In this document: one piece after another, positions 18,104 to 25,294 of the stretch
How the letters are laid out: every line of letters begins with the position of its first letter
Position numbering within the stretch: the stretch's first letter is position 1
Source of the DNA: a virus
Lineage: Duplodnaviria > Caudoviricetes
Length of the DNA stretch: 32,694 nucleotides
Virus record (IMG/VR): IMGVR_UViG_3300012940_000066
Coordinates: 1-32,694 of that record
Direction: 5' to 3' (one strand)
Position numbers and translations under genes: made by a program
The notes under the pieces: model-generated
The model's database searches: none
What the model saw: only the letters and a program-made list of their open reading frames with translations
Told to the model about the DNA's origin: nothing

Positions 18104-18547
18104 ATGAAAGCACTATTTTTATTGATCGTTGCCCGGCTCAAAACAGTGCCCGGCATCAAATGGATAGACCTCGACAAGGGTCAGATAGACGACTTCGAAG
18201 TACGACCACCGATCAATTTTCCCGGCGTACTGGTCAGGATTGAGTACACAGGCTGCCGCGATGTCGGAGGAGGCGTACAGCAATGCTCCGTCCGGATCAC
18301 CTTACGCTGTGTATGGGACTTCCACGGCCACACCGACGCCACCATGTCGCCGGAGCAGCTTGCAAAGAACCTCGAATACTTCGATTTCGTACAGAGCATA
18401 TACCTGGCATTTCAGGGACATCACGACGTCACGGTCATCCGTTCGCCGTTCAGTCGTACCAGCCAGATGGAGGAACCACGACCGGATGGATTGAAGGTAA
18501 TCGATCTTGTACTGGCCACTCAGGTGCTGGATCGCAGTGCCGCATAA
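18104..18547 (+). CDS. Mu gp37-like tail terminator/neck protein
   Basis: 147 aa from ATG 18104 with WIDLDKGQID...PINFPGVLV. Follows the gpG-like gene. Confidence 0.65.
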   Translation: MKALFLLIVARLKTVPGIKWIDLDKGQIDDFEVRPPINFPGVLVRIEYTGCRDVGGGVQQCSVRITLRCVWDFHGHTDATMSPEQLAKNLEYFDFVQSIYLAFQGHHDVTVIRSPFSRTSQMEEPRPDGLKVIDLVLATQVLDRSAA

Positions 18548-18551
18548 AAGT

Positions 18552-18580
18552 CAAAAGCCCCGGACCGTATTGTCCGGGGC
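18552..18580. terminator. Intrinsic terminator between convergent genes
   Basis: 9-bp stem GCCCCGGAC/GTCCGGGGC (18557-18580) with a T-run on the minus strand. Confidence 0.7.
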
Positions 18581-18618
18581 ATTGCCGCTATCTCTCTGTC
18601 TATCGGTGGTTATCAATG

Positions 18619-18825
18619 TTAGAAGAGGCTCAGCTGATTCTGCCGGTATTCACTAGGCTTCATGCCTTTAATATTCATCCACTGGCGGTAGCTAATGTAT
18701 ATCTTGTTTTCGGGGAAAACCGTCCGCAGTATCCGCGTATCCGGCACATCACGCTCCTTCGCTTCGCGATACACCTGCATAATGTGCTCAACTTTCCGTA
18801 AGTAATTCCGCCTGTGGTACGCCAT
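18619..18825 (-). CDS. Small basic protein, possible late-gene regulator, ending in QLSLF
   Basis: 68 aa with an upstream TATATTTG -7 element (18854-18861, minus strand). It lies at the early/late boundary, where Mu encodes Mor/C. Confidence 0.65.
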   Translation of the reverse strand: MAYHRRNYLRKVEHIMQVYREAKERDVPDTRILRTVFPENKIYISYRQWMNIKGMKPSEYRQNQLSLF

Positions 18826-18890
18826 CCAAACAAAATAATATTTTGTTTAACGGCAAATATACGGAATAATAATCTAAATATAAGTTTAGA

Positions 18891-18922
18891 TTTGGTTTAG
18901 ATACCGACTTGTTTTACATTTG
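18891..18922 (+). promoter_or_regulatory. Bacteroidetes primary-sigma promoter
   Basis: TTTG (18891-18894) - 20 nt - TACATTTG (18915-18922). An inverted repeat AATCTAAA/TTTAGATT lies at 18871-18892. Confidence 0.65.
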
Positions 18923-18989
18923 AAACGCAAATTATTACACAACATCCCAAAAGTATCCTTATGAACATGGACTAGTGGGGAATGAAATT

Positions 18990-19024
18990 GCCTCGACGCC
19001 TCGAGAGATCGTCGGGGCTTTTTT
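18990..19024 (+). terminator. Intrinsic terminator
   Basis: 9-bp stem GCCTCGACG/CGTCGGGGC followed by T6. Confidence 0.7.
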
Positions 19025-19120
19025 GTAGGTCAAAACTCTCGAGTAATCCTTGCCAGATAGGAGAAATAAATTTGGCTGGAGGGCTGAAAAAGGCAGCCCT
19101 GACAAAAAATATCTTTTGAG

Positions 19121-19246
19121 ATGCGTAATAATTTGCAAAAAAACGATGATGACCAGGAGTATATTTTTCGACCTTACATCGTAAAAAATGGAAAGAAAAT
19201 ATACCCTAAGAAAGCAAAGGTATTTAAGATACCTGTAAGCAAGTAA
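19121..19246 (+). CDS. 41-aa basic microprotein (not in ORF track)
   Basis: MRNNLQKNDDDQEYIFRPYIVKNGKKIYPKKAKVFKIPVSK. Preceded by TAAATTTG (19067-19074) and followed by a terminator-like stem. Confidence 0.55.
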   Translation: MRNNLQKNDDDQEYIFRPYIVKNGKKIYPKKAKVFKIPVSK

Positions 19247-19268
19247 AAAAACGGTATAATCGTTTTAT

Positions 19269-19316
19269 GTAGAGACCCAAAATTTCGACCTAAATGAGTA
19301 GGTTTCTACTTTTTAT
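19269..19316 (+). terminator. Probable intrinsic terminator
   Basis: GTAGAGACC/GGTTTCTAC stem with a long loop, followed by a T-run. Confidence 0.45.
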
Positions 19317-19495
19317 AGCCGCTCAATTAGCTTAATGTTGAAGCCGTCGTTTATACCAAACCTAGTGTCTATCCAAATAAACAAATCAATCAACTTATCA
19401 TTAACCCAATTTATCCCTTTCACCTCGTTTGTTTCCTCATTGAAGTAGCAACGAAAACCATATATTTCCGCTATGTGAGTGAAATCCGTACGCAT
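19313..19495 (-). CDS. Hypothetical 60-aa protein (AT-rich accessory gene)
   Basis: MRTDFTHIAEIYGFRCYF..., with the ATG at 19495 preferred. Confidence 0.55.
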   Translation of the reverse strand: MRTDFTHIAEIYGFRCYFNEETNEVKGINWVNDKLIDLFIWIDTRFGINDGFNIKLIERL

Positions 19496-19588
19496 GATAA
19501 TTTCAATTACACGAGACACCAAGCAAAAACAATGCCCCATCGCTTATAAATAATGAAAGGCTCATTGCTGAATGATGTGTTATTACCT

Positions 19589-19999
19589 TTATTGAGAATA
19601 ACTCACCTCTCCACCAATAGATTTAGCTACCTTGGTCATGTTACCAAAAGCAATCTCAACGTTATCACCGGACTCAAAAGTTGCGATATCCTTACCTTTA
19701 CCACGCCTTTTATACCAACTGGTAATCGTCACTTGTCCGTCTATTATCGCAAATAACATAATTTGCTTATATGTGCCGCGCTTTTTCCCTTTAAACTCGA
19801 TAACTCCACTTTCAATGCTTTTAAATATCGGATCGCTTCGCCGCACCCGATATCCCAAATCATTCAGGACTTCACCCGCTTTCAAGTAGTTTTCATCTCC
19901 AGAAAGGTCATTAACCAACACAACTTTAGTGTCACCATCGGTTTGGGCGAAAACTGGAAAGAACGAAATACATAAAATTACAAAAAACAAATACCTCAT
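19589..19999 (-). CDS. Secreted/periplasmic accessory protein (moron)
   Basis: 136 aa from ATG 19999, AT-rich, with a Sec signal peptide MRYLFFVILCISFFPVFA|Q. Confidence 0.7.
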   Translation of the reverse strand: MRYLFFVILCISFFPVFAQTDGDTKVVLVNDLSGDENYLKAGEVLNDLGYRVRRSDPIFKSIESGVIEFKGKKRGTYKQIMLFAIIDGQVTITSWYKRRGKGKDIATFESGDNVEIAFGNMTKVAKSIGGEVSYSQ

Positions 20000-20033
20000 G
20001 TGATTCAGATTATTAGAGTACAATGTTAATAAA

Positions 20034-20747
20034 TTATGCCCAATCCACAATACGCTGCGCTTGATCCCTTCTCGGCTTAAGCCCCAAGCCGCGGAGGTGA
20101 GCATAGTAAGCTGACATTTCCGATCCACTCAGCTTGGCTGCAAAATTAGCATCCCATCCATTTGGAAACGACGGTTTTCCGTAATTAGCTATTTCCGCCT
20201 GCAACTCGTTGTAATACTTCACCAGATTGGCGATCGAATACTTGCCCTTAAAAAGAAAATTGCCACTCTCAAAATAATGCCGCAACATCCCTTCATCCAC
20301 CTTAATCGATTTCATCTTACCGGCATCAGGCCCGCTCACCTTATACTTCACCCCGGTATAGCGCTCATACAACCGGCACCACAGCGCAATCTTATCATTC
20401 ACCTTATCAATCGCCACAGGCACCACTTGCAAGCCAATCCCCTCAAAATCCTTCACACGTTCCTCCGAGTGCGGCAACGTCCCGAGAAACAGTCCATACT
20501 GTCGCGGCGTTAAAGCATCTTTACACTCAATTTTAAACTCCTTCAAAAGCCCATCTTGAAAGCCTACTTCCAAGTGGCCATTCATCTTATCGCTTTTCAG
20601 TCTGTATGTTGTTTTCATATCGTTCTTTGTTTTCATAATGCCGATCCCTGCATGACCAACACACCCGATGCCCAGTTTTAGCATCTCGGAACCCATTCCA
20701 TACTCCCGAACCTCTTTTCGTGCCTGGGTCTTTTCGGCAATAGTCAC
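20034..20747 (-). CDS. Hypothetical early protein (true start may be 20618)
   Basis: Long ORF co-oriented with the early operon. Confidence 0.65.
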   Translation of the reverse strand: MTIAEKTQARKEVREYGMGSEMLKLGIGCVGHAGIGIMKTKNDMKTTYRLKSDKMNGHLEVGFQDGLLKEFKIECKDALTPRQYGLFLGTLPHSEERVKDFEGIGLQVVPVAIDKVNDKIALWCRLYERYTGVKYKVSGPDAGKMKSIKVDEGMLRHYFESGNFLFKGKYSIANLVKYYNELQAEIANYGKPSFPNGWDANFAAKLSGSEMSAYYAHLRGLGLKPRRDQAQRIVDWA

Positions 20748-21151
20748 ACTTCATTTTTCAACCCTTTCAAAAAACTAGCATACACCTTCGCCTCGAATAT
20801 GGTGCACACCTTCACCAACTCATCAATAGTCAACTCGTTAAAAGACTTCTTATACTTGGTTTGCGTCCGGCACCAACCATCCAGTCGACCCAGAAGCTCA
20901 TCGAGCGACTTACCCCATCGCATCGTCTGGGCCAGCCCGATCATTTTCTTTCGGATGCCGTCACCCGGTTTCGGCTCCCAGCCATCCGGCACGGGTTGCA
21001 AACGCCGGAGACAAACCATCAATTCCTTAAATTCACCATCGTCCAGTGAAGACAGACTGTCTGTTCGGCCATCGGTGAATTCCAGCACCGCCTCTTCTTT
21101 CGTCTTTCCCAAAGCCTTGCAGATAGCAAAGAATGTCCTGTAGTTTCTCAT
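20744..21151 (-). CDS. Mu gp16/GemA-like (DUF1018-like) protein
   Basis: Pattern GRTDSLSSL...RKKMIGL...LDGWC...FNELTIDELVKV, located at the end of the early operon. Confidence 0.6.
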   Translation of the reverse strand: MRNYRTFFAICKALGKTKEEAVLEFTDGRTDSLSSLDDGEFKELMVCLRRLQPVPDGWEPKPGDGIRKKMIGLAQTMRWGKSLDELLGRLDGWCRTQTKYKKSFNELTIDELVKVCTIFEAKVYASFLKGLKNEV

Positions 21152-21339
21152 CGTATCTCCATTTGCACATTATACCCAAACCGGCTCCGAAGCTCATCCA
21201 CATAAGCCACCATCCGGCCATCCAATACGACCAGTTCCTCCGGTGACGTAAACACTGACCGGCAGCGCGCATCGTACTTCACCACCCGCTTTATCCGTTG
21301 GTGGAGCCGGTACCGGCGTCTGTTGTCTTGTAAATTCAT
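21148..21339 (-). CDS. Hypothetical protein
   Basis: 63 aa with 4-nt overlaps to both neighbours. Confidence 0.65.
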   Translation of the reverse strand: MNLQDNRRRYRLHQRIKRVVKYDARCRSVFTSPEELVVLDGRMVAYVDELRSRFGYNVQMEIR

Positions 21340-21563
21340 ACCATTAAAAGTTTAAGCTTCATCTCCTCCCGGAATGCCTGTGCTAGCGACTCCCTACGGC
21401 CATCCTTAAAAAAATACTCCATCAACAGCCGCTGCGGCACAAACACGTTCTGATACACGTTCACCTCACTTTCCTCCTCAACCACCTGCATCACCCATCC
21501 CCGCGACAGTAGGAACTCGCGCATCTCATCGTCCGTGAAATAAAGCTTCAGTTCCATTACCAA
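21336..21563 (-). CDS. Hypothetical protein
   Basis: 75 aa, overlapping its neighbours in the operon. Confidence 0.65.
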   Translation of the reverse strand: MVMELKLYFTDDEMREFLLSRGWVMQVVEEESEVNVYQNVFVPQRLLMEYFFKDGRRESLAQAFREEMKLKLLMV

Positions 21564-21799
21564 AGGTATCCCCCCACTACCTCATAAAACATCCGTTTTG
21601 TACGGCCGCGCATGTGGGATTTGTTGCGCAGCTCACGGCTCCAGTCCCGGAGCAGGTCCCATGCTTTCGTTCCCACGGAACCACGCCGTGCCATGTCATT
21701 CATGATCTCTTGAATGAATAGCCGATCTGACACCAGCTCCGGATCACGTAATCTGGTCGGTACAATCACTGCTTCACTAATTTTCATAATGCTTTCCAC
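21557..21799 (-). CDS. Hypothetical protein
   Basis: 80 aa with a GTG start preceded by AGGAGG. Confidence 0.6.
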   Translation of the reverse strand: MESIMKISEAVIVPTRLRDPELVSDRLFIQEIMNDMARRGSVGTKAWDLLRDWSRELRNKSHMRGRTKRMFYEVVGGYLW

Positions 21800-21902
21800 T
21801 GTTCCTCCTTTTTTTTATTCTAGACAACCAATCCATCGCGACACCCAGCGCAGCCGAACCAGCCAGAGTGCTCGCAGCCATTATGATACTGTCCACCATC
21901 AT
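21777..21902 (-). CDS. 41-aa putative membrane peptide (not in ORF track)
   Basis: MMVDSIIMAASTLAGSAALGVAMDWLSRIKKRRNSGKHYEN. The start overlaps the RT-chimera stop (ATGA). Confidence 0.45.
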   Translation of the reverse strand: MMVDSIIMAASTLAGSAALGVAMDWLSRIKKRRNSGKHYEN

Positions 21903-22891
21903 TTCAGATCAATTCGGTTAACTGATAGCTTGTAGTTATAAATCTCCAGGAACATCTCGCGGTACTGCCGGGTGTTGATGCATTTCACCAGGGACCGGGG
22001 CTGATCCAATATTTTCTGTTTGAAGTATTCAGGGTCGAAATCCGGATGATCGAAAAACTGCCGGATCACGCCGACCACCGTGCCGTTATACGCAAGTGGG
22101 TATACATTATATAGCCACTTGAGAAAGCAAGCTATTTCCTCGGCCTGTCGGATGTTCATCACGTTCGCGTGTCCGTCCATCACTGCCTTCGTATTTCGGA
22201 TGCCGTCTGGATCGAGGAGGGCGAGTGCCGCCGATATTGGAATCTTTGGGTGCTCGGCGAGGAACTTTGATAGCACATTGAACCCCGGCCGCTTTTCGAT
22301 CGTATGGTAGTTGATGTAATCCATCAATGACCAGTTCTTTTTGTTGCTGTTCAGCGCTGCGATGTCCGTCTTTCCAATGCCATCGTCCACCACATACCAT
22401 ACCGGTACCTTCAGCTTCCTCCGGAGCAGCCCCTTCAGCACCTCATGATCAACCGATGGGTAAAACTTCCGGATATCCAGCTTTAGGCAATAGGTCGTAC
22501 CAGCCACATCCTTCAGCGCACGCCGTACCGCCTTGGAAGCGGCATGGATGCCACGACCTTTTATGCAGCTGTAGGTATCGCCCGTAAACGTCGAGACGAA
22601 TATCGGCTCCAATACATTCATCACCGCATGGTGCACGATACGATCGGGGAAGTAAGGCAGGCGGTGGATAAGCCGCTCTTTGGGTTCATGGATGGTAAAC
22701 ACGGTGTAGGGCGATGTCTTGTAGGTTTTATCCAGCAGCATCCCGTGCAGCGCCACCAGGTTGGCTTCCCGGTTCTTGTCATGCATCCGCACGCCGTATT
22801 GTTTCGCCTTGCCCTTCCGTGCAATCTCATCCGCCAGCCGGAGGTTATCCAGGCTGCAAATTCTTTCGTATAGGTTATTGATCCGTTTCAT
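21899..22891 (-). CDS. Chimeric protein: N-terminal half of a DGR reverse transcriptase (aa 1-161) fused in frame to a non-RT, probably ParB-like, C-terminal region; RT likely inactive
   Basis: RT motifs EPKERLI, DRIVHHA, YSCIKGRG and LKLDIRKFYPSVDH are present. The GxPxG/SQ motif and YxDD are absent, and the sequence changes character at KLK|VPVWYVV (22409/22408). Confidence 0.85.
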   Translation of the reverse strand: MKRINNLYERICSLDNLRLADEIARKGKAKQYGVRMHDKNREANLVALHGMLLDKTYKTSPYTVFTIHEPKERLIHRLPYFPDRIVHHAVMNVLEPIFVSTFTGDTYSCIKGRGIHAASKAVRRALKDVAGTTYCLKLDIRKFYPSVDHEVLKGLLRRKLKVPVWYVVDDGIGKTDIAALNSNKKNWSLMDYINYHTIEKRPGFNVLSKFLAEHPKIPISAALALLDPDGIRNTKAVMDGHANVMNIRQAEEIACFLKWLYNVYPLAYNGTVVGVIRQFFDHPDFDPEYFKQKILDQPRSLVKCINTRQYREMFLEIYNYKLSVNRIDLK

Positions 22892-23109
22892 TTCATTAAG
22901 CCTTTGCTTCGTTGGTCGTGCTCTCTACCAGAGTGGGATACTAACGCCCGTTTTAAAGCCGTGATTTTCTGCCCTGATGGCAGGGTCCGCGCCGCTTGTT
23001 TAAGCAAATTGGGAACTGACGTTCGAGTTCTCGTGGTCGTTATCGATATCGTTGATCGAGAACCTGGCAGCTGAGCTGCCCGCAGCATGCGGCACGCAAC
23101 CCGTGATGG
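22892..23109 (-). ncRNA. DGR template RNA (template repeat plus structured flanks)
   Basis: Interval between target gene and RT that contains the TR, a 13-bp enclosing stem and a downstream hairpin. Confidence 0.7.
23009..23086 (-). repeat. DGR template repeat (TR), 78 nt, 21 adenines
   Basis: GCTGCGGGCAGCTCAGCTGCCAGGTTCTCGATCAACGATATCGATAACGACCACGAGAACTCGAACGTCAGTTCCCAA. It differs from both VRs only at A positions. Confidence 0.97.
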
Positions 23110-23499
23110 TTACGCCGGGATTACCATCCAGCCGCGCGACACCTCAAGGAAGTGATCCGCGTAATGCTTCGCGCGGCTCCGATCCCTGAAAACAAGGCGG
23201 GAACCGACGTGCGAGTGCTCGAGGTCGTAATCGAAAGCGAAGAACGAGAACCCGGCAGCCGAGCCGCCCGCAGCCTTCGACCGCATATCAAACCACAGCA
23301 GCCACTTCCGTTCCTCCCAATTGTCCCAGTCAGGCTTCCAGCCTTCATTCAAGACGCGGATGATCCTGAACGTCCTGGCAACATCGTTGACCGCCTTTTG
23401 CTCGTCACTCTCAGCCTCCGGAAAAGGAAGTGATTTTACGGGATCCACGCCATCGGCTTTGCAGATAGCTTCATAGGTTGTGAGTTCTTTAAAATCCAT
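23110..23499 (-). CDS. DGR target protein 1 (129 aa)
   Basis: Contains VR1 ending in GSRL. Paralogous to target 2 (NEGWKPDW...KW). Confidence 0.92.
   Translation of the reverse strand: MDFKELTTYEAICKADGVDPVKSLPFPEAESDEQKAVNDVARTFRIIRVLNEGWKPDWDNWEERKWLLWFDMRSKAAGGSAAGFSFFAFDYDLEHSHVGSRLVFRDRSRAKHYADHFLEVSRGWMVIPA
23197..23274 (-). repeat. DGR variable repeat VR1
   Basis: Ungapped 78-nt match to TR with 15 mismatches, all at TR adenines. Confidence 0.97.
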
Positions 23500-23510
23500 T
23501 TGAAGTGTAA

Positions 23511-23987
23511 TTAAGAGGTGAAAAATGCTTTGTAGATCGGCAGGAATTTATTGGCCGCGTCCCGCGCATGTTCCTCTTCACGATAAACAAGGCGGGAACC
23601 GACGAACGAGCGCTCGCGGTCGAGACCGAGATCGCCGACCGAGAACCCGGCAGCCGAGCCGCCCATCCGGAAATAAGGGCAATGCTTCCACTCATCGCTA
23701 TCATTCCAATCCGGCTCCCAGCCGTCGTTGTAGGCTGCCACGATAAGCTTGATCTGCCGATAGGCAACTTCATCGGGCGCGAGCCCCTGGCATTGCTGGT
23801 CGAAGTCCGCTGGCGTGATGCCATGATAAGCCAGGATATCCGTAAACTCCTGGAACCGTTCCATCGGGTCGGTGGCAAACAGGGCCTTCCCGAAATTCTC
23901 CTCAAGCACCTCCTTGAAATAGGTAGGTGCGGCCGGGTAAAGGCTCCGGGCCTTTTCTTCCGTCAGTTTCAATTCTATTGTTTTCAT
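23511..23987 (-). CDS. DGR target protein 2 (158 aa)
   Basis: Contains VR2 ending in GSRL. The NDGWEPDW...KH segment is shared with target 1. Confidence 0.92.
   Translation of the reverse strand: MKTIELKLTEEKARSLYPAAPTYFKEVLEENFGKALFATDPMERFQEFTDILAYHGITPADFDQQCQGLAPDEVAYRQIKLIVAAYNDGWEPDWNDSDEWKHCPYFRMGGSAAGFSVGDLGLDRERSFVGSRLVYREEEHARDAANKFLPIYKAFFTS
23592..23663 (-). repeat. DGR variable repeat VR2
   Basis: Ungapped 72-nt match to TR with 18 mismatches, all at TR adenines. Confidence 0.97.
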
Positions 23988-24003
23988 CTGTGTTAAAAAT
24001 TAG

Positions 24004-24153
24004 TTACTCCATTTCCTCCCGGGCACCTTCTGCCCGGATGATGAAATCGTCTGACAATTCCTCCATGAGCGTTGCATACTCTTCGTTGCTCAGGTACTCG
24101 GCCACCTCGTCGACCTTGTCGATTATGGCCCGTTTTGCTTCCAGTATTCCCAT
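24004..24153 (-). CDS. 49-aa acidic helical protein (not in ORF track)
   Basis: MGILEAKRAIIDKVDEVAEYLSNEEYATLMEELSDDFIIRAEGAREEME. Starts just after the upstream stop. Confidence 0.65.
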   Translation of the reverse strand: MGILEAKRAIIDKVDEVAEYLSNEEYATLMEELSDDFIIRAEGAREEME

Positions 24154-24154
24154 G

Positions 24155-24391
24155 TTATAGTTCCTCCAGTTCTTCGACCTTCACCACCGCACTGCTGAAC
24201 ATCCTGATGCGGCCGTTGCGGTGGTCGTGGTACTCCAGCAGGTCGCCGGGGCTTACCTTTTCCGGATCCAGGATGATGTCGTTTTTCTCCAGGGGCTGCC
24301 CGAACGGCACCGGCCGGAAATCCCTGATCACGCCGGAGGCAGCCGCCCAGATCACGCTGCCGTTTTCAAATTCTATCCTATAGCCTTGCAT
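24155..24391 (-). CDS. Hypothetical protein
   Basis: MQGYRIEFENG...; this start is chosen because a separate peptide ORF occupies 24373-24483. Confidence 0.6.
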   Translation of the reverse strand: MQGYRIEFENGSVIWAAASGVIRDFRPVPFGQPLEKNDIILDPEKVSPGDLLEYHDHRNGRIRMFSSAVVKVEELEEL

Positions 24392-24483
24392 ATCCAATTT
24401 ATTAGTGTGGCCCATAGCCAGGCGCTGATGATGATCAGGCACCACCAGGCAATCGCCTTCGTCCAGTTGATCCGCCGTTTCAT
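24373..24483 (-). CDS. 36-aa Trp-rich single-pass membrane peptide (not in ORF track)
   Basis: MKRRINWTKAIAWWCLIIISAWLWATLINWICKAIG, with an ATGA overlap with the DUF3164 gene stop. Confidence 0.55.
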   Translation of the reverse strand: MKRRINWTKAIAWWCLIIISAWLWATLINWICKAIG

Positions 24484-25136
24484 ACCCCGTGAAAATTCAG
24501 CTCCACACGCTGCCATTTGTCGCCGTCCCTGTCCTTCACCTCGAAGTAGTAGGCAAAGCCCTTACGGAGCAGCGAGTAGCTCTCCTCCAGCAGGCGCAGC
24601 CCTTCCAGCCAGCGCTCATCGTCATACTTGTCCCGGTGCTTCATCAGCGTCAGCACCTTGGCATATTCCAGGTCGCCCTTCTTGTTCCGCTCCAGGAAAG
24701 ACATCAGGATCTCGAACAGCTTCTTGTCCCGCTTCTTCACCGCATCGCCCAGGAACTCCTTGATCAGGTCCACACCCTTCTCCGCCCGTTCATCCCATTT
24801 CGGGTCACTGTCTATGCGCCGGGCCACGCGGGCGGTACCCTCCGTGTTGGTCAGGTAGAAGCCGCCCTTGCTGTTCTTGCGCAGCGCACCGTATTCATCC
24901 AGCTTCTGGTGCTGGACGTCCATGATCGCCTCGGCCTTGTCCTTCAGCCGCCGGAGCAGGAGGCTCGCCTCCCTGGCTTCCTCCATCAGCTGCTGCACGG
25001 CTTCGTCGCGCTCCTTTTCATACTTCACCCGCTCGCGCTCCCGCCTGGCGGCCTCTTCCTTCTTTTTCGCCTTCAGGAACTCCTCGAGCTCCTTGGTGGT
25101 CATTTCACTGACCGGCTTTTCCGTTACTGTTGTCAT
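24480..25136 (-). CDS. DUF3164-like protein of Mu-like phages
   Basis: 218 aa with a coiled-coil N-terminus and WDERAEKG...GDLEYAKV...W..GL.LL.ES motifs. Confidence 0.7.
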   Translation of the reverse strand: MTTVTEKPVSEMTTKELEEFLKAKKKEEAARRERERVKYEKERDEAVQQLMEEAREASLLLRRLKDKAEAIMDVQHQKLDEYGALRKNSKGGFYLTNTEGTARVARRIDSDPKWDERAEKGVDLIKEFLGDAVKKRDKKLFEILMSFLERNKKGDLEYAKVLTLMKHRDKYDDERWLEGLRLLEESYSLLRKGFAYYFEVKDRDGDKWQRVELNFHGV

Positions 25137-25293
25137 TTTCGTTATTGCTTGATTTTAAAATTTCCAGTTTCGCGATAGCTAGTTTCCGTCTGATCTCCCG
25201 GACGGCATCGATGTCCGCATCCGGATGCGCGCGCAGCCATGTCTCGTAGTCCAGCACCTCGCTTTGCAGGGTTGTCAGTGATTTACTTTCCAT
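25105..25293 (-). CDS. Hypothetical protein
   Basis: 62 aa in the early operon. Confidence 0.55.
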   Translation of the reverse strand: MESKSLTTLQSEVLDYETWLRAHPDADIDAVREIRRKLAIAKLEILKSSNNENDNSNGKAGQ

Positions 25294-25294
25294 A

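Noticed and set aside
22382-22399. WYVVDD as the RT catalytic YxDD motif
   Set aside because: Spacing is Y-V-V-D-D, it comes too soon after the LDIRKFY motif, the intervening GxPxG motif is missing, and the context is non-RT.
21899-22891. Group II intron or retron
   Set aside because: Adjacent TR/VR pairs with adenine-only mismatches identify a DGR. No maturase domain or intron boundaries are seen.
22888-23088. 66-aa ORF across the TR as an Avd accessory protein
   Set aside because: Too short, low-complexity and out of frame with the VR-equivalent reading. It is most likely incidental, although its stop overlaps the RT start.
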